A DNA stretch of 64,000 bases, from positions 1,798,001 to 1,862,000 of the forward strand of contig NC_089435.1 of the NCBI RefSeq assembly GCF_026210795.1, read 5' to 3'. The translations under genes and the position numbers were made by a program. The notes beneath the pieces were generated by a model. That model had not been told where the DNA came from. It made no database searches and saw only the letters and a list, made by a program, of their open reading frames with translations. This DNA is from Rhizophagus irregularis. Its lineage: Eukaryota. Positions 39,361 to 54,089 of this stretch are shown here, piece by piece (position 1 is the first letter of the stretch; every line of letters begins with the position of its first letter).

Positions 39361-40823
39361 CTAATAAACATCTGGTTTTTTCCGAATCCAATCAAATTCT
39401 TCATAATCACAAAAACAATCAAAGTCACATCTTTGAACTATTCCTTATACTTCATATTTTTTAACTAGCTCTTCTAATTTCTCTACCTCTCGATTATCAT
39501 CAAAATTCACCCGATTGATTTGTAACATCATAGGATGCCTATCTTTCCAGTTATTAAAAAATGATTTTAATAATTTAAATTTAGGTCCAAATTTCCGATT
39601 AAAATAAATTTTAAATTTATATAAACTTATTGGCGATGATTTAATTAATATTTCAAACAAACTCTTATATTTAAAAAATATTTCATTTTTAAAAATCAAT
39701 CCATTTAATTTTTGACAATTAATTAATAACCTTTCAAATTCAGGAAAATTTAGTTCCATCATTGGCATACTAAGATATCTAAGATTTGGACAATTCTGAT
39801 AAATTGCTCGAATAAGTCTTCTATGATAATTGGCATCACTAACTAGACCATTATGGCAAAGAGTGATCTCATGAAGATGATGACCATTTATTATTTTAAT
39901 CATTCTATCTAAATTTTGATGTGAGTCAATATTGGCTATTAAAACTTTTAAACCAGGTAAAGATACTTTTTCCAAATGACACCAATTTGTTTTATTATTG
40001 GGATATCCATACCAGTAAGGATCACCTATTTTTAAACTACTTAAATTTACAAAATATGAAAGAAATTCATCTTCAGGATCCCAATTTGTTTGTAGATGTT
40101 GAATAGTATCTGCTTTTTTAATTAGTGATTTTTCAATAATATTGGATTGTGCAAAAGCACAACAATCAATTTGAATTTCGTTCAAGTTATTTTGATTTTC
40201 AATTAATGTTAAACTTCCAGAAATATCATCATTGTCAAAATCTGTAATATGATATATAAGTTATTAATTGATTTAGCTATTATAGCCAATCCTTCCACAA
40301 TATTTTTATCCCTATTATCACAATGAAGGGATTTAAGACTTGAAAAGCATTGTTCAGCCCATGAAATACTATGTAATTGATATTTAAAACTATATGGAAT
40401 AAAAAGTGAAAGAAATTTAGTATTTTTGTTAATAAATAACTTTGATAATTCATTTATTATAATATTAATGTTCGATTCTTTGACATTTCTTAATTTGATC
40501 ATATTCTCTAAAAGTTGTAAATCTAAATGTCTCCAGAAGATAATGTAATTAAATGAAGGTGGTCGATAAGCTTCTGTAAAAAGATAGTCGATTCCTTGTT
40601 TCTTCAAAATATCTCTTGAGTCTTCTGATAAATGTGAAAGTATAACGTTGAATATTATACTCCCTGCTTTTTTAGTTAAAGGAATTCTTCCAGGAATTTT
40701 CCATAATACTGGTACTGCTACCTCACACCAAATTTTGTTAACTAAAAGAAATGAATAAAGTGATATACTGTCATTTTGCAAATTTTTTGTTATTAAATAA
40801 AGTACGTCTCTGTCGAATTTCAT
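39361..40823 (-). pseudogene. F-box-like / LRR (RNI-like) gene with a frameshift and a probable premature stop
   Basis: MKFDRDVLYLI...LYSFLLVNKIWCEVAVPVLW; IYQNCPNLRYL; LLINCQKLNGL; SPISLYKFK; FFNNWKDRHPM. A 1-nt shift near 40240-40260 joins the frames (DFDNDDISGSLTLIENQNNLNEI). The TAA at 39447-39445 is followed by family-like GIVQRC...EEFDWI to TAG at 39361. Confidence 0.75.
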
Positions 40824-41633
40824 TTTTTTTTTTAGACAGGTAAGAAAGAAATTTTTTTCAATTGCGAGTTTGGAGAAAAAAAAGATGGGCGCGATAGATA
40901 ATCTGAAACGATTTTATTTGATGATACACTCGTGACCACAAAATTTTCACATATATGTAAGTATTAATAAAACTAGGCTTAGCCTATTTTCACTGTTCAA
41001 TATATCATGTTTTCATTGGTTCATGCCTGAATATTGACATTATAGCTATTAATAGATGATTTACGGCTATATACTTGCTATATATAGTTAAGCTCAATCA
41101 ACATTTTTCATTATCTATGAACAAAGATTTATGACAAATGTTTAAGTTTCAGGGATGTTAATTTGTTTTGACAGAGAAAACACAAGATAAATTAATTCTT
41201 ACGAAGGATATGTGGATATCAAACAATTTCTAAAGTTTGGGCAATAAAGTGAATGTTGTCATTGTTCTCTAAATGTCAACCCTGTAAAAAAAAGTCAATC
41301 CTTTTTTTTTATTCCATCTTTTTTCCGTAAAAGGCTCATATTTCCGGAATTAATAACTTTATATCACAGAATTTATCGAATTATTTAGATTTTCCGTGAA
41401 TGGATCTGTAAAAGGCTCATTTTTACGGAATATTTACAGAAGTAACGGATAAAATTTTTATAGGGTAATATTTTTTCTTAATAATAATTGTAAACATTGC
41501 CACGTAAATATCTTACTTTATTTCATTTCTTGCGAATTTTCTTTTTCAAAAGTTTAAAGCATAACATCATTATAAATAAATATAAAGGTAAACGAAGAAT
41601 CATTACATCACTTCTAACACATTTCAAATATTA

Positions 41634-41906
41634 GGTGATTCAAATGCGTTATCCAATTAGTACTGTTTCGTTTTCGCTCTTGGTTGTAGTATATCTTGTG
41701 AATTTGTTTATTGGATTACTCAATAATGAAGATAATGAGAGTCCCATATTAAAGCAAATGACAGAGGTATTTTATTAATTTAACTATAAAGTTATCGTTA
41801 TATTTTTTGCAAAAGTATTTCAAATTTTTCTTTTCCTATTAGGTTTTGGCTGAAATCGAGTTATTTTATCTATTGTCAAATCAGGGACGTTGGAAATCAT
41901 GGTTTT
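41634..41906 (+). pseudogene. Remnant of TRP-like channel exons (S6 region)
   Basis: GDSNALSN*, VVVYLVNLFIGLLNN, an intron, then VLAEIELFYLLSNQGRWKSWF; this parallels 4229-4541. Confidence 0.8.
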
Positions 41907-42479
41907 GTAATCGAATCACTATTTTTCTCATAACAATATGAACAGATGAAATATATGATAAATTCAAACAAAGTTGGTTTGAATTAGATGAATTTAGTGA
42001 TGACGCCTGTATGACATTTTGCGTTAATTTTGGTATTTTAACATATAAGAAAATATATAGAGTTTATTTACCAAAATAAGAACTCGTATATCCTGAATTT
42101 TGGTTCTTAATTCAGATTCATTTATTACATTTAAAAGCTAAGCGAGAATTAGGTATAGATTAATATATTAATATATTAACGTTAAGTAATTTTTTTTTAA
42201 AGGTAAAAAATTTTTTTGGGAATAGAGTACTTAGTGTATTTGTATAGAAGAATACGTGTATTTGATTTTAAGGGGGCGTAAAATCTTTTTCTTTCCGTAA
42301 TATATATATGTACATATGGGTGGCAGTGGATCTCATGAGACCAATTGGCCCTTAGCGAATTTCCTGACTTAAATTTTAGATAATTACGTTCTTTGTATAT
42401 AACTTAAACAGAATATTAAAAATATGTAAAAATTTAAAATCTATAAATTTTATGAAATAAAAAGGGTGAAAAAAATAAT

Positions 42480-43730
42480 TGAAGTGAATCAACCCTAAAG
42501 TTTTATTAATCCTCCTTCCGTAAGTTACAAACTAATTGAATCTGATGGTTTGTCAGCTTTGGGAACTTCACTTTTATTAATGTTTGTATTATTATCGGAA
42601 CTACTTATATCATATCCTGAGTAAACGAAAATAGTTCATTCGCATCGCCTTCATCATTATCATCTTGTAAATTCTTTGCATCTGATTTTTCCTCCTCGGT
42701 ATAAACAAAGATCATGCCATCATCTGCGTTATCTTTCTAATCATTGATTTCGGTTGATATATGAAAGCAACATCATTGTAGCCTTTAACTGGATAAACAA
42801 AATTTGCATCATCGTTTGTAAAATCCATCACGAGAATCACGAAGTAACAAAGGTGTAATGATTTTGGAATTAATATTAATTTCTTTACGAGGTTTTGATT
42901 CCCTAATTGATTTATTATAAGGATTAATAAAATATTTTAATAAATCTTCATATAACAAATAGGTAATACTTTATTCGAAAATTCTTCAGAAGATAAATTA
43001 TGAAATCTGATAAATGGGATATATTTCTTTAAAGTTTTGAAATCTTCTTATGAAAAATTTGTAGGATCGGAAGGAATCTCTGGGCTTTGAGCAAGTCCCC
43101 ATTTAAGCACATGTTCCCATACTTGAATTTCGTTCATTTGAAGATTATCACTTTGAATAAGTGAGACCAAAAGCTTTTCCGGAATTAAAGAAAAACTTGG
43201 AGAAAAGAATATCTTGTTTGACCTTTTGGTTATTAGATTAGTACAAAATTTTTGAAGTTCCAATGCAAGAAAGAATCGGTTTCAAAGCTTGTTTGATATA
43301 TCAAACTAAAATTTTGTTCCATCCAACTTGCCTTAGTATTAATCAAAAAGGGTTGTAAATTAAGTGATTAATTCTTGAAGACCAAGTTCACTTCCAGCAA
43401 CCAAGATTTTAATTATATCTAAAGTATCATATTCTTCCAAAGAAATTCTTCCACTATAAATATATCTAGAATAAGAAGTATAAATTTAAATTAATTTATT
43501 ATACAACTGTTTTAAGTTTAATTCTTATCATACCACGTCATACCTTAAGATTATTTGAAAAATTTCAGGTAAAATATTATATATACCAAAGTTCCATCAT
43601 TTTTCCTTTTATTGATTGACAAATTTTTCGTAAATAAGTGAAATATCTTATATAAGGGTCATTACCAACTTCAATATTAACATCATAAGATTCAGTAAAT
43701 TTTGTGATAATTTCGTTAAAACTTTATGAA
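42480..43730 (-). pseudogene. BTB-BACK pseudogene with acidic FVYP tail (decayed copy of the 61146-62491 gene)
   Basis: Colinear nucleotide similarity to 61100-62470, including ITPLLLRDSRDGFTNDDANFVYPVKG, with many indels and stops. Confidence 0.85.
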
Positions 43731-45621
43731 AAAAAATTTGACAATTAAACCTTTTTGACAAAAAAAATATTAGGTAACATTTATTACTAATTTTGCAAAA
43801 AATAATTTGTATTAAAACTAGGAAACGGGAACCGTTGTAAGTCCGGAACGAAAAACTAAAATTTGCCGATTTCATTGGGTGACTATCACGTGGCGGACAG
43901 AGAAACTCACGTGATCGATTTTTTTTCATAGTGCGTAGACATATATTGTCCTTCGCTTCGCTCCGGACAATAAAAAAAGATCTATTCTATTGTATTACTT
44001 TTTAATTAACAATTAACAAATCATTTTTTATTTTTTTTTATTTTTTTTTTCGTAACAGTTAATTATTTTCCTTGATTTTCCTGAAAAAAACAAAATATTA
44101 AACAATTAAATTTTTTGGCAAAAAAAAATATTAGATAATTATCATATATTATTAATGAATTTTTTTAAAAAAAAATCTGCAATAAAACAATAAAAAAAAA
44201 GAAACTATTTTATTGTATTCTTTTCAATTAATTTATTTATTGATTATTTAAAAAATTTATTTCTTAAATGATGTTTTTCTTAAACTTTGATAATTATATT
44301 ATAATAATTACTATGATATTTTTTAACTAAATATAATAAAAGAATTTAGCATTTTTTATCAAAATTTTTTTTTAAATTTATCATGAATTTTGGATCGTAT
44401 AATCATAGCTTCATAGGTCATTTCATTACTATGATATCAATCTAACTGAACGGCAATCCATTTACTTGATTACGAATTGGAATAATAATAATAAAATAAT
44501 TTAGTATTATTCAATTTAGTTTAATAGTAAAGTCAATGCGAAGCAAGTAAATTGTTACCAGAAGTAGAAACTGATACATAGCGAAATATTCTCCGTACAG
44601 TATTGCTTAATCATGATTCCTCATAATAAAAACATGTGTACACGCATTTTGTAATAAGTATTAGTAACATTTCAATTTAATAATGAAAAATTAGTAATCA
44701 AGTTATTTTATTGAAAGGAATATGATGAAAATTAATTTCGATGAGCTAATACTAATATAGGTCACAAGACATACAGTACTATTAATTGAATTACTTAAAA
44801 ATAGTCTTTCTACAAGGTTCTATCTAATTATCATTAGCAAAAAAATCTTTATCGTACTAAATCACACTCAATCCTTATTTATATATACTTTTTTATTCCA
44901 ATATGAGTTTTTTTCGAATGTTAACCAATGAATTAACATTGTTAACGATGATTAACAAAGCTGTTTTGTACATTAATTCACAATGTATTGTATCATTCAT
45001 CATTTGTTATTAAATCTATCAACCCCGTAATATCCTAAAAGACAAAAAAATTATGTTTATCTAATTATCTAACATTTTTTTTTTACATTTTTAAATCAAA
45101 ATATGTTAAATTAATTTTATTTTAATTTCTTTACTGCGTAAAAAATTTTATAAGTTAAATTTTCAATATCAAAGTTTATTTGTAACGTTATTGCTTATTA
45201 AGTATAGTCGATACTCACTATTTTGTGAATTCATTTTTTTCAAGAATGTGCCTATTTTATTTTGAAAAAAAAAAATCCAAATTCCAATAGGAAAACTGAC
45301 ATCCAAAATTTTCTTATACAAGGTCGACAAGAATCGATTTATTTTGTTATTAATACTCGAAAATAATATGATTTTTTTTTATTTTTTTTTCTTCAAATTG
45401 AAAAAATCTTTTTAATTTTTTTATTTTCAGCTTTTTAGTTCAATACCGAAAACATATATATATATTTTTTATCATTTTTTTATTTTTTTTGGTACAAAGT
45501 ACAAACCAAAAAAGAAAATTTTTTTACTCAATTTTTTATTTATTCTTTTCGTTCAATATCGAAAAATAGATTTTTTTTAATCGCTTATTTTTGGTTTTTT
45601 TTTTTAGTTCAATAATTTTTC

Positions 45622-45653
<32 letters not shown>

Positions 45654-46109
45654 TTTGGTTCAAACCAAAAAATAATTTTTTTTAATTAGTTTTTTTCTAT
45701 TTTTGATTATTATTTTATTATTACACATTTTTTTTTGTTGGATTTTTGTTAATAATTAATTAACATCAATAAAAATAAAAGGAATTTTTTTGCTATTGTT
45801 TTTTATTGTTCGTAATTTTAATTTTTTTTTTTTGGTTGTCCCCATCCACTAACATGAGTCTATATTTCCATGATATTAAAGTGGCCGCCATACTTCTTTC
45901 GTATATTATGCATCAATTTTTCAATAAATATAATGTGTGAAGTATTGTTAATGCTGTAATTCAAGTACTTCTTTTCAGGAAATATTCGAAGTTGGGGTGT
46001 CTGAATAATGTAAAAAAGATTATGTAAAGAAAGACAAGCTCTTAACAAAAAAAGGAAAAATGTCATGGGTATAAATTTTATGGATGAACAGGCATATTAG
46101 CACAAATTA

Positions 46110-46180
46110 ATCCCGTTGCAACGCAACAAGTATAGTTAATATTTTCTAATTTTAGGTTTATATCGTATTAGTCTAGTTTC
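46110..46180 (+). mobile_element. Possible degenerate Helitron 3' terminus
   Basis: cccgttgcaacgcaac is hairpin-like and resembles the common Helitron 3' hairpin; ctagt occurs at ~46174. No 5' end was located. Confidence 0.3.
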
Positions 46181-48523
46181 ATTTGAATATTTACGATTTA
46201 CCTCGCTTATTTAAAAAATCAATTGTGTAAATACCATAACCGATAATCACTAACTTTTTCCAAATAATGAGTATTAACTGAACTTTAAATAATAAGAAGC
46301 TTATAATTAAATTAAACTTTCTGATGCACTCGGCTAAAAATTTTTGAAAAAAAAATCGAGAAAAATCCTCTATCACTCTTAATAAATATAGAAAAACCAT
46401 ATTAGGCGCGAAAAGTGTTTAGCGACATTTTATAACGAAACAAGATCTTTTATTAACAAGTTTTTTCGAAATATTGAAAGTTTATTAGTACGATCGCTTG
46501 AGAGTAAAATAGAAAAGTTTATGGTATAACTTCAAAGTCTCCTAAATTTTTCTAAAATATAAGTCGAGATACTAGGTTGAATATTGAAATAATAGAGAAG
46601 AATTGTATTTAAACTATATCGAAAAGATGTTGAAACTATAGAAAGACAAATTCAAGTCTCCGTGAGGCGCAGTAAAAATGAAAGGATAATTGGCAGTTTC
46701 GTTGGACTGAAGTAATAATTATAAATTATAAAAATTTTTTTATTCCATTTTTTTTCTTGTAATTTGGCTACGTAATAAATAAAATGTGATTTTATAAAAC
46801 TCGTTGCTTCGCACTGAGAACTTTTTTATATAAAACAATCTACTAATTGTGACGGTATGAGTGAAAATTCGTAGTTACCGACAGGGTTAAATTATCGTCA
46901 ATCAAATTACTGACACAGATAGGTGGTTGGCACAGCAAAATTATCAAAAAAAATTATTAAACACAAAACACACTTCGCAAGTCGCAACTATACACATTTA
47001 TTAATTTATTCTGTTTAATATTTATGAATTAACTGTTAATGTTTTAATTGTGGCTAAAATTTATTATAAATATATTGAATTATATTGTTCATATTGTAAT
47101 ATTTATATTGTATTTAGTATTTACATCATTGATTATTTTTTATCAAAGTCTAAAAAAAATTGTCAGCAATTTGATTCACTTCGGTAATTTGAATGTCGAT
47201 TATTTGACTGTCGGTAATTTGACTGTCGATAATTTGACCAGACTCATTTTTTTTAACAAAAATTTTAAAATTTTGTCATGGTTAAATCAAATCAATATTT
47301 GTTAACATATTTATTATTTAAGTTAAAATTTTGCGACCAGTATTTTTTAACTCTGGCCAATTTGTAATTTTTGGCCAGAATTAAGTGGAGAAATCACCGG
47401 TAGTGATAAATAATTGTAATTCGAAAATTATACCCACAAATAAACAAACAGTATTGAAAGCAACAATTTTTTTTTCTTTTCCTCCATTATGCTTTTCAGA
47501 TATGTTAAGCTATATTCTTTTAAGTTTTTTGGCATAAGATGATTTTTGTTATTTTTTTTTTTATATAATTTCTTTAAAAATTTAGCCTTTAAAAACAATA
47601 TTTTTTTCTCAACATCAGTAATCACTGAGTTTAATTATTGGGAATTGGGATGTCAGTAATTTCATTGTCGGTAATTAAATGTCGGTAATGTGACCGGGTC
47701 CCAAAAATTAATTTATGCAAATGAAAATTTCTTAATTTATTCATTGCTCATACTCGTATTACGTGACTTTATAGAAAAAAATTATATAATAAAAATTTTA
47801 ATAAATAGGAATATAGTATGGTATGAGTATTTTTTCCCGTTCTGCAAGTTTACTTAAAGCGTCAAAGTTGGTTTTTAATGTCAATTTTGACTTATTTAAC
47901 AGATTTTGGTTTTCTTCTGTTTTCCCTCTAAATTTAATTCTGCCCAACATTAAATGATCAGCATAGAAAATTTTCTTTTTTGGAAACCCGTGTTTAAACA
48001 CAAATAGAAATCGTCATTATAAATCTATTTTTAATAATTATTAATTCAAATTTTTTTACATATTATAGAATAAAAAACTTAATTTAATCTTGATCACTAG
48101 TTGTTAAGAAAATAACGCAAAATAATATAAGATTAGAATTTAGTATATATTCGTTATAAACGAATGATATTTTTAAGGCTGTAATAAAAAAGAATTATAA
48201 ATTATCAATAATTTTTTTTTTATAAATATGTTAAATAGGAATTTAATGTATTTTATACATTCATTTTTGTAAGAAAATGCGATTACTTCCTTTTATTTAA
48301 ATCACATGAACGGCAAATTTTATCATTACATAATGTATTTTTAAAGGAATTTCTCAACGCAGATCATTGCATCGGAAAAATTATGGCCCGAAAATATTTT
48401 TTTTATTGTAACTTCTACTTTTGGTTATTTTAATAACTCATTCATGAAAGTTTTCGTATAAAATCATTTGTCTAGAAAAATAATAATTTTTTTTAGTAAA
48501 ATAAATTTCTAAAATAAAAACAA

Positions 48524-51500
48524 ATGGAAACCAAATTTAGTAAATCTAATATCTCAGTTACTGATATAGTAAACGCTGAAAATTGTTCATATTGCAATAA
48601 ACCCTTTACTGAAGAATTATGGTGTAAAGAATGTATTAATTCTTTAGAAAAATCAGCAGAAAATGGCAATAAAGTAGTAATGTTTAATTTAGCCACAAGG
48701 TATTACAATGGGAAAGGAACAGAAAAGAATTTAGAAAAAGCCTTTTATTGGTATCAAAAAGCAGCAGAAAATGGTAATATCAATGCAATGAATAATTTAG
48801 CTTTATATTATGAAAATGGAGAAGGAACAGAAAAGAATTTAGAAAAAGCCTTTTATTGGTATCAAAAAGCAGCAGAAAATGGTTTAACTGATTCAATGCA
48901 TAATTTAGCCAATAGATATTATAATGGAGAAGGAACAGAAAAGAATTTAGAAAAAGCGTTTTATTGGTATCAAAAAGCAGCAGAAAATTGTTTCACAAAT
49001 TCAATGCATAATTTAGCCATATGTTATGAAAATGGAGAAGGAACAGAAAAGAATTTAGAAAAAGCTTTTTATTGGTATCAAAAAGCAGCAGAAAATGGTT
49101 TCACAAATTCAATGCATAATTTGGCCATGTGTTATAAAAATGGAGAAGGAACAGAAAAGAATTTAGAAAAAGCTTTTTATTGGTATCAAAAAGCAGCAGA
49201 AAATAGTAATATCAATGCAATGAATAATTTAGCTTTATGTTATGAAAATGGAGAAGGAACAGAAAAGAATTTAGAAAAAGCCTTTTATTGGTATCAAAAA
49301 GCAGCAGAAAATGGTTTCACAAATTCAATGCATAATTTAGCCATGTGTTATAAAAATGGAGAAGGAACAGAAAAGAATTTAGAAAAAGCCTTTTATTGGT
49401 ATCAAAAAGCAGCAGAAAATTGTAATATCAATGCAATGAATAATTTAGCTTTACGTTATGAAAATGGAGAAGGAACAGAAAAGAATTTAGAACAAGCCTT
49501 TTATTGGTATCAAAAAGCAGCAGAAAATGGTAATATCAATGCAATGAATAATTTAGCTTTATGTTATGAAAATGGAGAAGGAACAGAAAAGAATTTAGAA
49601 AAAGCCTTTTATTGGTATCAAAAAGCAGCAGAAAATGGTAATATCAATGCAATGAATAATTTAGCTTTACGTTATGAAAATGGAGAAGGAACAGAAAAGA
49701 ATTTAGAACAAGCCTTTTATTGGTATCAAAAAGCAGCAGAAAATGGTAATATCAATGCAATGAATAATTTAGCTTTATGTTATGAAAATGGAGAAGGAAC
49801 AGAAAAGAATTTAGAAAAAGCCTTTTATTGGTATCAAAAAGCAGCAGAAAATGGCTTCACTGCTTCAATGCATAATTTAGCCAATAGATATTATTATGGA
49901 GAAGGAACAGAAAAGAATTTAGAAAAAGCCTTTTATTGGTATCAAAAAGCAGCAGAAAATGGAGATACTGATTCAATGAATAATTTAGCCATATGTTATA
50001 AAAATGGAGAAGGAACAGAAAAGAATTTAGAAAAAGCCTTTTATTTGTTTCAAAAAGCAGCAGAAAATGGTTCAACTGATTCAATGTATAATTTAGCCAA
50101 TAGATATTATAATGGAGAAGGAACAGAAAAGAATTTAGAAAAAGCCTTTTATTGGAATCAAAAAGCAGCAGAAAATGGTTTCACTAATTCAATGTATAAT
50201 TTAGCCATATATTATAAAAATGGAGAAGGAACAGAAAAGAATTTAGAAAAAGCCTTTTATTGGTATCAAAAAGCAGCAGAAAATGGCTTCACTGCTTCAA
50301 TGCATAATTTAGCCAATAGATATTATTATGGAGAAGGAACAGAAAAGAATTTAGAAAAAGCCTTTTATTGGTATCAAAAAGCAGCAGAAAATGGAGATAC
50401 TGATTCAATGAATAATTTAGCCATATGTTATAAAAATGGAGAAGGAACAGAAAAGAATTTAGAAAAAGCCTTTTATTTGTTTCAAAAAGCAGCAGAAAAT
50501 GGTTCAACTGATTCAATGTATAATTTAGCCAATAGATATTATAATGGAGAAGGTACAGAAAAGAATTTAGAAAAAGCCTTTTATTGGTATCAAAAAGACG
50601 CAGAAAATAATGGTTCCATTGATTCAATGTATGATTTAGCCATATGTTATGCAAATGGAGAAGGAACAGAAAAGAATTTAGAAAAAGCCTTTTATTGGTA
50701 TCAAAAAGCAGCAGAAAATGGTTCAACTGATTCAATGTATAATTTAGCCAATAGATATTATAATGGAGAAGGAACAGAAAAGAATTTAGAAAAAGCTTTT
50801 TATTGGTATCAAAAAGCAGCAGAAAATGGCTATACTGATTCAATGCATAATTTAGCCAATAGATATTATAATGGAGAAGGAACAGAAAAGAATTTAGAAA
50901 AAGCCTTTTATTGGTATCAAAAAGCAGCAGAAAATGGAGATACTGATTCAATGCATAGTTTAGTCATTTGTTATGTAAATGGAGAAGGAACAGGAAAGAA
51001 TTTAGAAAAAGCGTTTTATTGGCATCAAAAAGCAACAGAAAGTAACATAATGGATTTTGAAAATGAAGTTGAATTATGTAATATATGCAACCAGCTATAT
51101 ACTAATTACCAGTGGTGTCAACAATGTAATGCCAAACAATTTCAACATGATTTTTTAAAGTGGACTAGTAAAAATGAATTTATTGATAAATTTATTCAAG
51201 ATTCACAACTAAATGCCAAAAATAGTTATGAAATTTTAGAATGGATACCTTATAATAAATTGTCAAATATTAATTATTATGATAAAGGAGGATTTAGTGA
51301 AATTCATAAAGCTATCTGGCTAAATGGACCTGTTTTTAGTTGGAATTTTGATAAACAACAATGGAATAGACAATTAAACTATGATGTTATTCTTAAAACA
51401 CTTAATAATTCATCAAATTTAAATAGTAAATTTCTGGATGAGGTAATTATTTATATTTATTAGCAATTTTTTTTTCTATTGCAAAAAATTAATTTTTTTT

Positions 51501-52410
51501 ATTATTTATATAGTGGAAATATCATTATAATTGTCAGAAAAAATCATTTTCAAAATTTATTCAATTCTTTGGATTTACCCAAGATCCAAATAATTTAAAT
51601 TATATGATAGTGATGAGTTTTGCAAAAAAAGGAAGTTTGAGAAAATGTTTAACTGACATAATTAAATTTAAATGGCAAGAAAAGTTACAATTATTGAAAA
51701 AAATTGTATTAGGGCTCAAAGTAATCCATGAATCGAATTTAACTCATGGTGATTTTCATGATGGTAATATTTTAATATCAGATAATTACAATGAGTTATT
51801 TATTATTGATTTAGGATTATGTAAACCTATAAATGATTTACAAGATTCTGACAATAAAATTAATGAAGTTTATGGAGTTTTACCTTATATGGCACCTGAA
51901 ACATTGAGACAAAAACTCTATACACCAGCAAGTGATATTTACAGTTTTTCAATGATAATGTGGGAATTTACATCAGGTATTCCTCCATTTAATCGTGTAG
52001 CACATGATCATCACCTTATTTTGAGTGTCTGTGAAGGGAAACGCCCTGAAATTGTTGAAAATACTCCAAAATGTTATATAGATTTAATGAAAAAATGTTG
52101 GGATTCAGATCCTTCCAATAGACCAACCATAACAATGCTCGAAGATATTATATCTGAGTGGGTTAGATGTATTAATGAATATTATAGTATAAACATGGAT
52201 GGAAATGATAAATTTGAAGTACTTAATATTGATAATAAATTAAAGGATGATATGGTTGAATTTATAAAAGCAAACAAATCTTTAGTACAAGAGCAAGCAA
52301 ATGCTTCTTTTATACAATCTCATACACAAGCATATTATACAAGTCGTAAACTTACTGAAATCTTAGTTCAAGAAAAGTCTGATTGTTTTGAATGTATAGT
52401 TAAAATTTAA
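48524..52410 (+). CDS. Sel1-like-repeat (22 units) + TKL protein kinase, ~1271 aa
   Basis: Exons 48524-51442 and 51514-52410. Same architecture as 33894-37332, with near-identical N-terminus and kinase domain. Confidence 0.92.
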
Positions 52411-53748
52411 TAATTCTGTTATTTATTCTTTATTTGTTAGTTATTACTGATATTTTCAATTTTATTATAAAATAAATATTTTAAATACAGATGTAATAAT
52501 TATCGAAATAATCTTTATTTATAATTTTTATTTTTGTTTGAAATTTGTTATGTTTAATATTCATATCCATACTTTAGATTAAGAACTTTAATCTTTTCTT
52601 TAAACTTTTTATAAATAATTATTTAAAAACAAACAAGAATTATTTAACAGTATTACATTAATACAGACGTACAGTCATTTGTTAAAATCAAAATTCACAT
52701 GAGAGATTTTTTACATATTCTAAATTCGAGTATCAATTTATATCAGCTGAGATTTAAATATCTTTTTTACATTAAAATCTTAATTATAGATATGCGAATC
52801 TCATTCTGACTTTCAAAAGAAAGCTTTATATTTTTATCCTCATTGCTATCTCGAATTTTCATGCAAATCTCATCTTATTAACGAAGATATATATTGAGTT
52901 TCTCCTTTATATAATTCCTATTTTCAAGTTGCGCCCAATTTGTGTATAAAGAAAAGGATGAATAATTTTTTTTTTTGTTATCAGATCGGTATAAAAATAA
53001 TAATTTTAGGAAATATTCGATAAATAATTGGATAAAAATTCTTGAAAGATAATTCATCAAAATGCTTTGTTATACGTATTACCACTTGATGCATGATATT
53101 AGTACACCGAATTTTGACAAGAATGGTAAATATACTACAAATTTAAAAATTTTATATTTATAAATTTTACATTTAGAGCATTCAAAATATTCATAGGGAA
53201 TTTTATTCAAAAAATTATTTATGTTTTCGGTTTGTTTGCTCATAAGTAAAAAAATTCTACCAAGAATTTTGTGCGATAAATAAACATTCTAAACTTGATA
53301 AGAGATAAGTAGAGCAGAACTTGTTGTAATAAGGCGATTAAAACAATTTTACACAGTCTACTAAGGCCATTCCAAATTAATTTTAAGTTTAACGTCCTCC
53401 CTCCCCCTCTAGTATTTTTGAAAATGTTAAAATAAATTAAACACATATATTCATATATGTTTAAAACACACCCTCTCTTTTCTGAAATTGGGTGTACCGA
53501 ATATTTCCGATTTTACCGAAAACTTCCAGAAATTTTAATATGTTTAAATATCATGTTTGTTTAAATTATTCCCCCCAAATTTTTCAGCCAGAAAGGACGT
53601 TAAACTAATTATTAGTTTGGAATGGACTAACAGTCTAATACATTGTAATTTTAACGATTTAAATTTACTAATGAAATATAAATAATATATAATTAGGATG
53701 AGGTTCAGCTTGATCAGTTCCATTTTAGTTCCATACTTTAAAATTTCA

Positions 53749-53904
53749 TTAATAATTTTTCTCGTTCCTTTTTCGAAAGATTTTTGTGAAATATTCGTGA
53801 AATATTCCAATATAAATAGGAGCCTTCGTTAATAATTTTTCTCGTTCCTTTTTCGAAAGATTTTTGTGAAATATTCGTGAAATATTCCAATATAAATAGG
53901 AGCC
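53749..53904. repeat. Near-perfect tandem duplication, period 80 bp
   Basis: ttaataatttttctcgttcctttttcgaaagatttttgtgaaatattcgtgaaatattccaatataaataggagcc occurs twice. Confidence 0.9.
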
Positions 53905-54089
53905 TAAGTATATATGGGTAGTACATGTGAAGTTGGACAACTAAAAATAAATTTTGGTTATTATTAACAAATTTGATCTATAAATCATTTAATTCCGATT
54001 CGTTGGATTTGGTTCGGAGCCGACGCCAATAACACCTCCATAAATAATGAGAGAAACATAAAAAAAGCTTATATCAACTATTATTAATT

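Noticed and set aside
43944..43972. Short hairpin tattgtcc-ttcgcttcgctcc-ggacaata
   Set aside because: May mark a repeat or Helitron end, but no boundaries or second copy were found in the window.
53544..53940. Three overlapping short ORFs
   Set aside because: Artefacts of the 80-bp tandem duplication.
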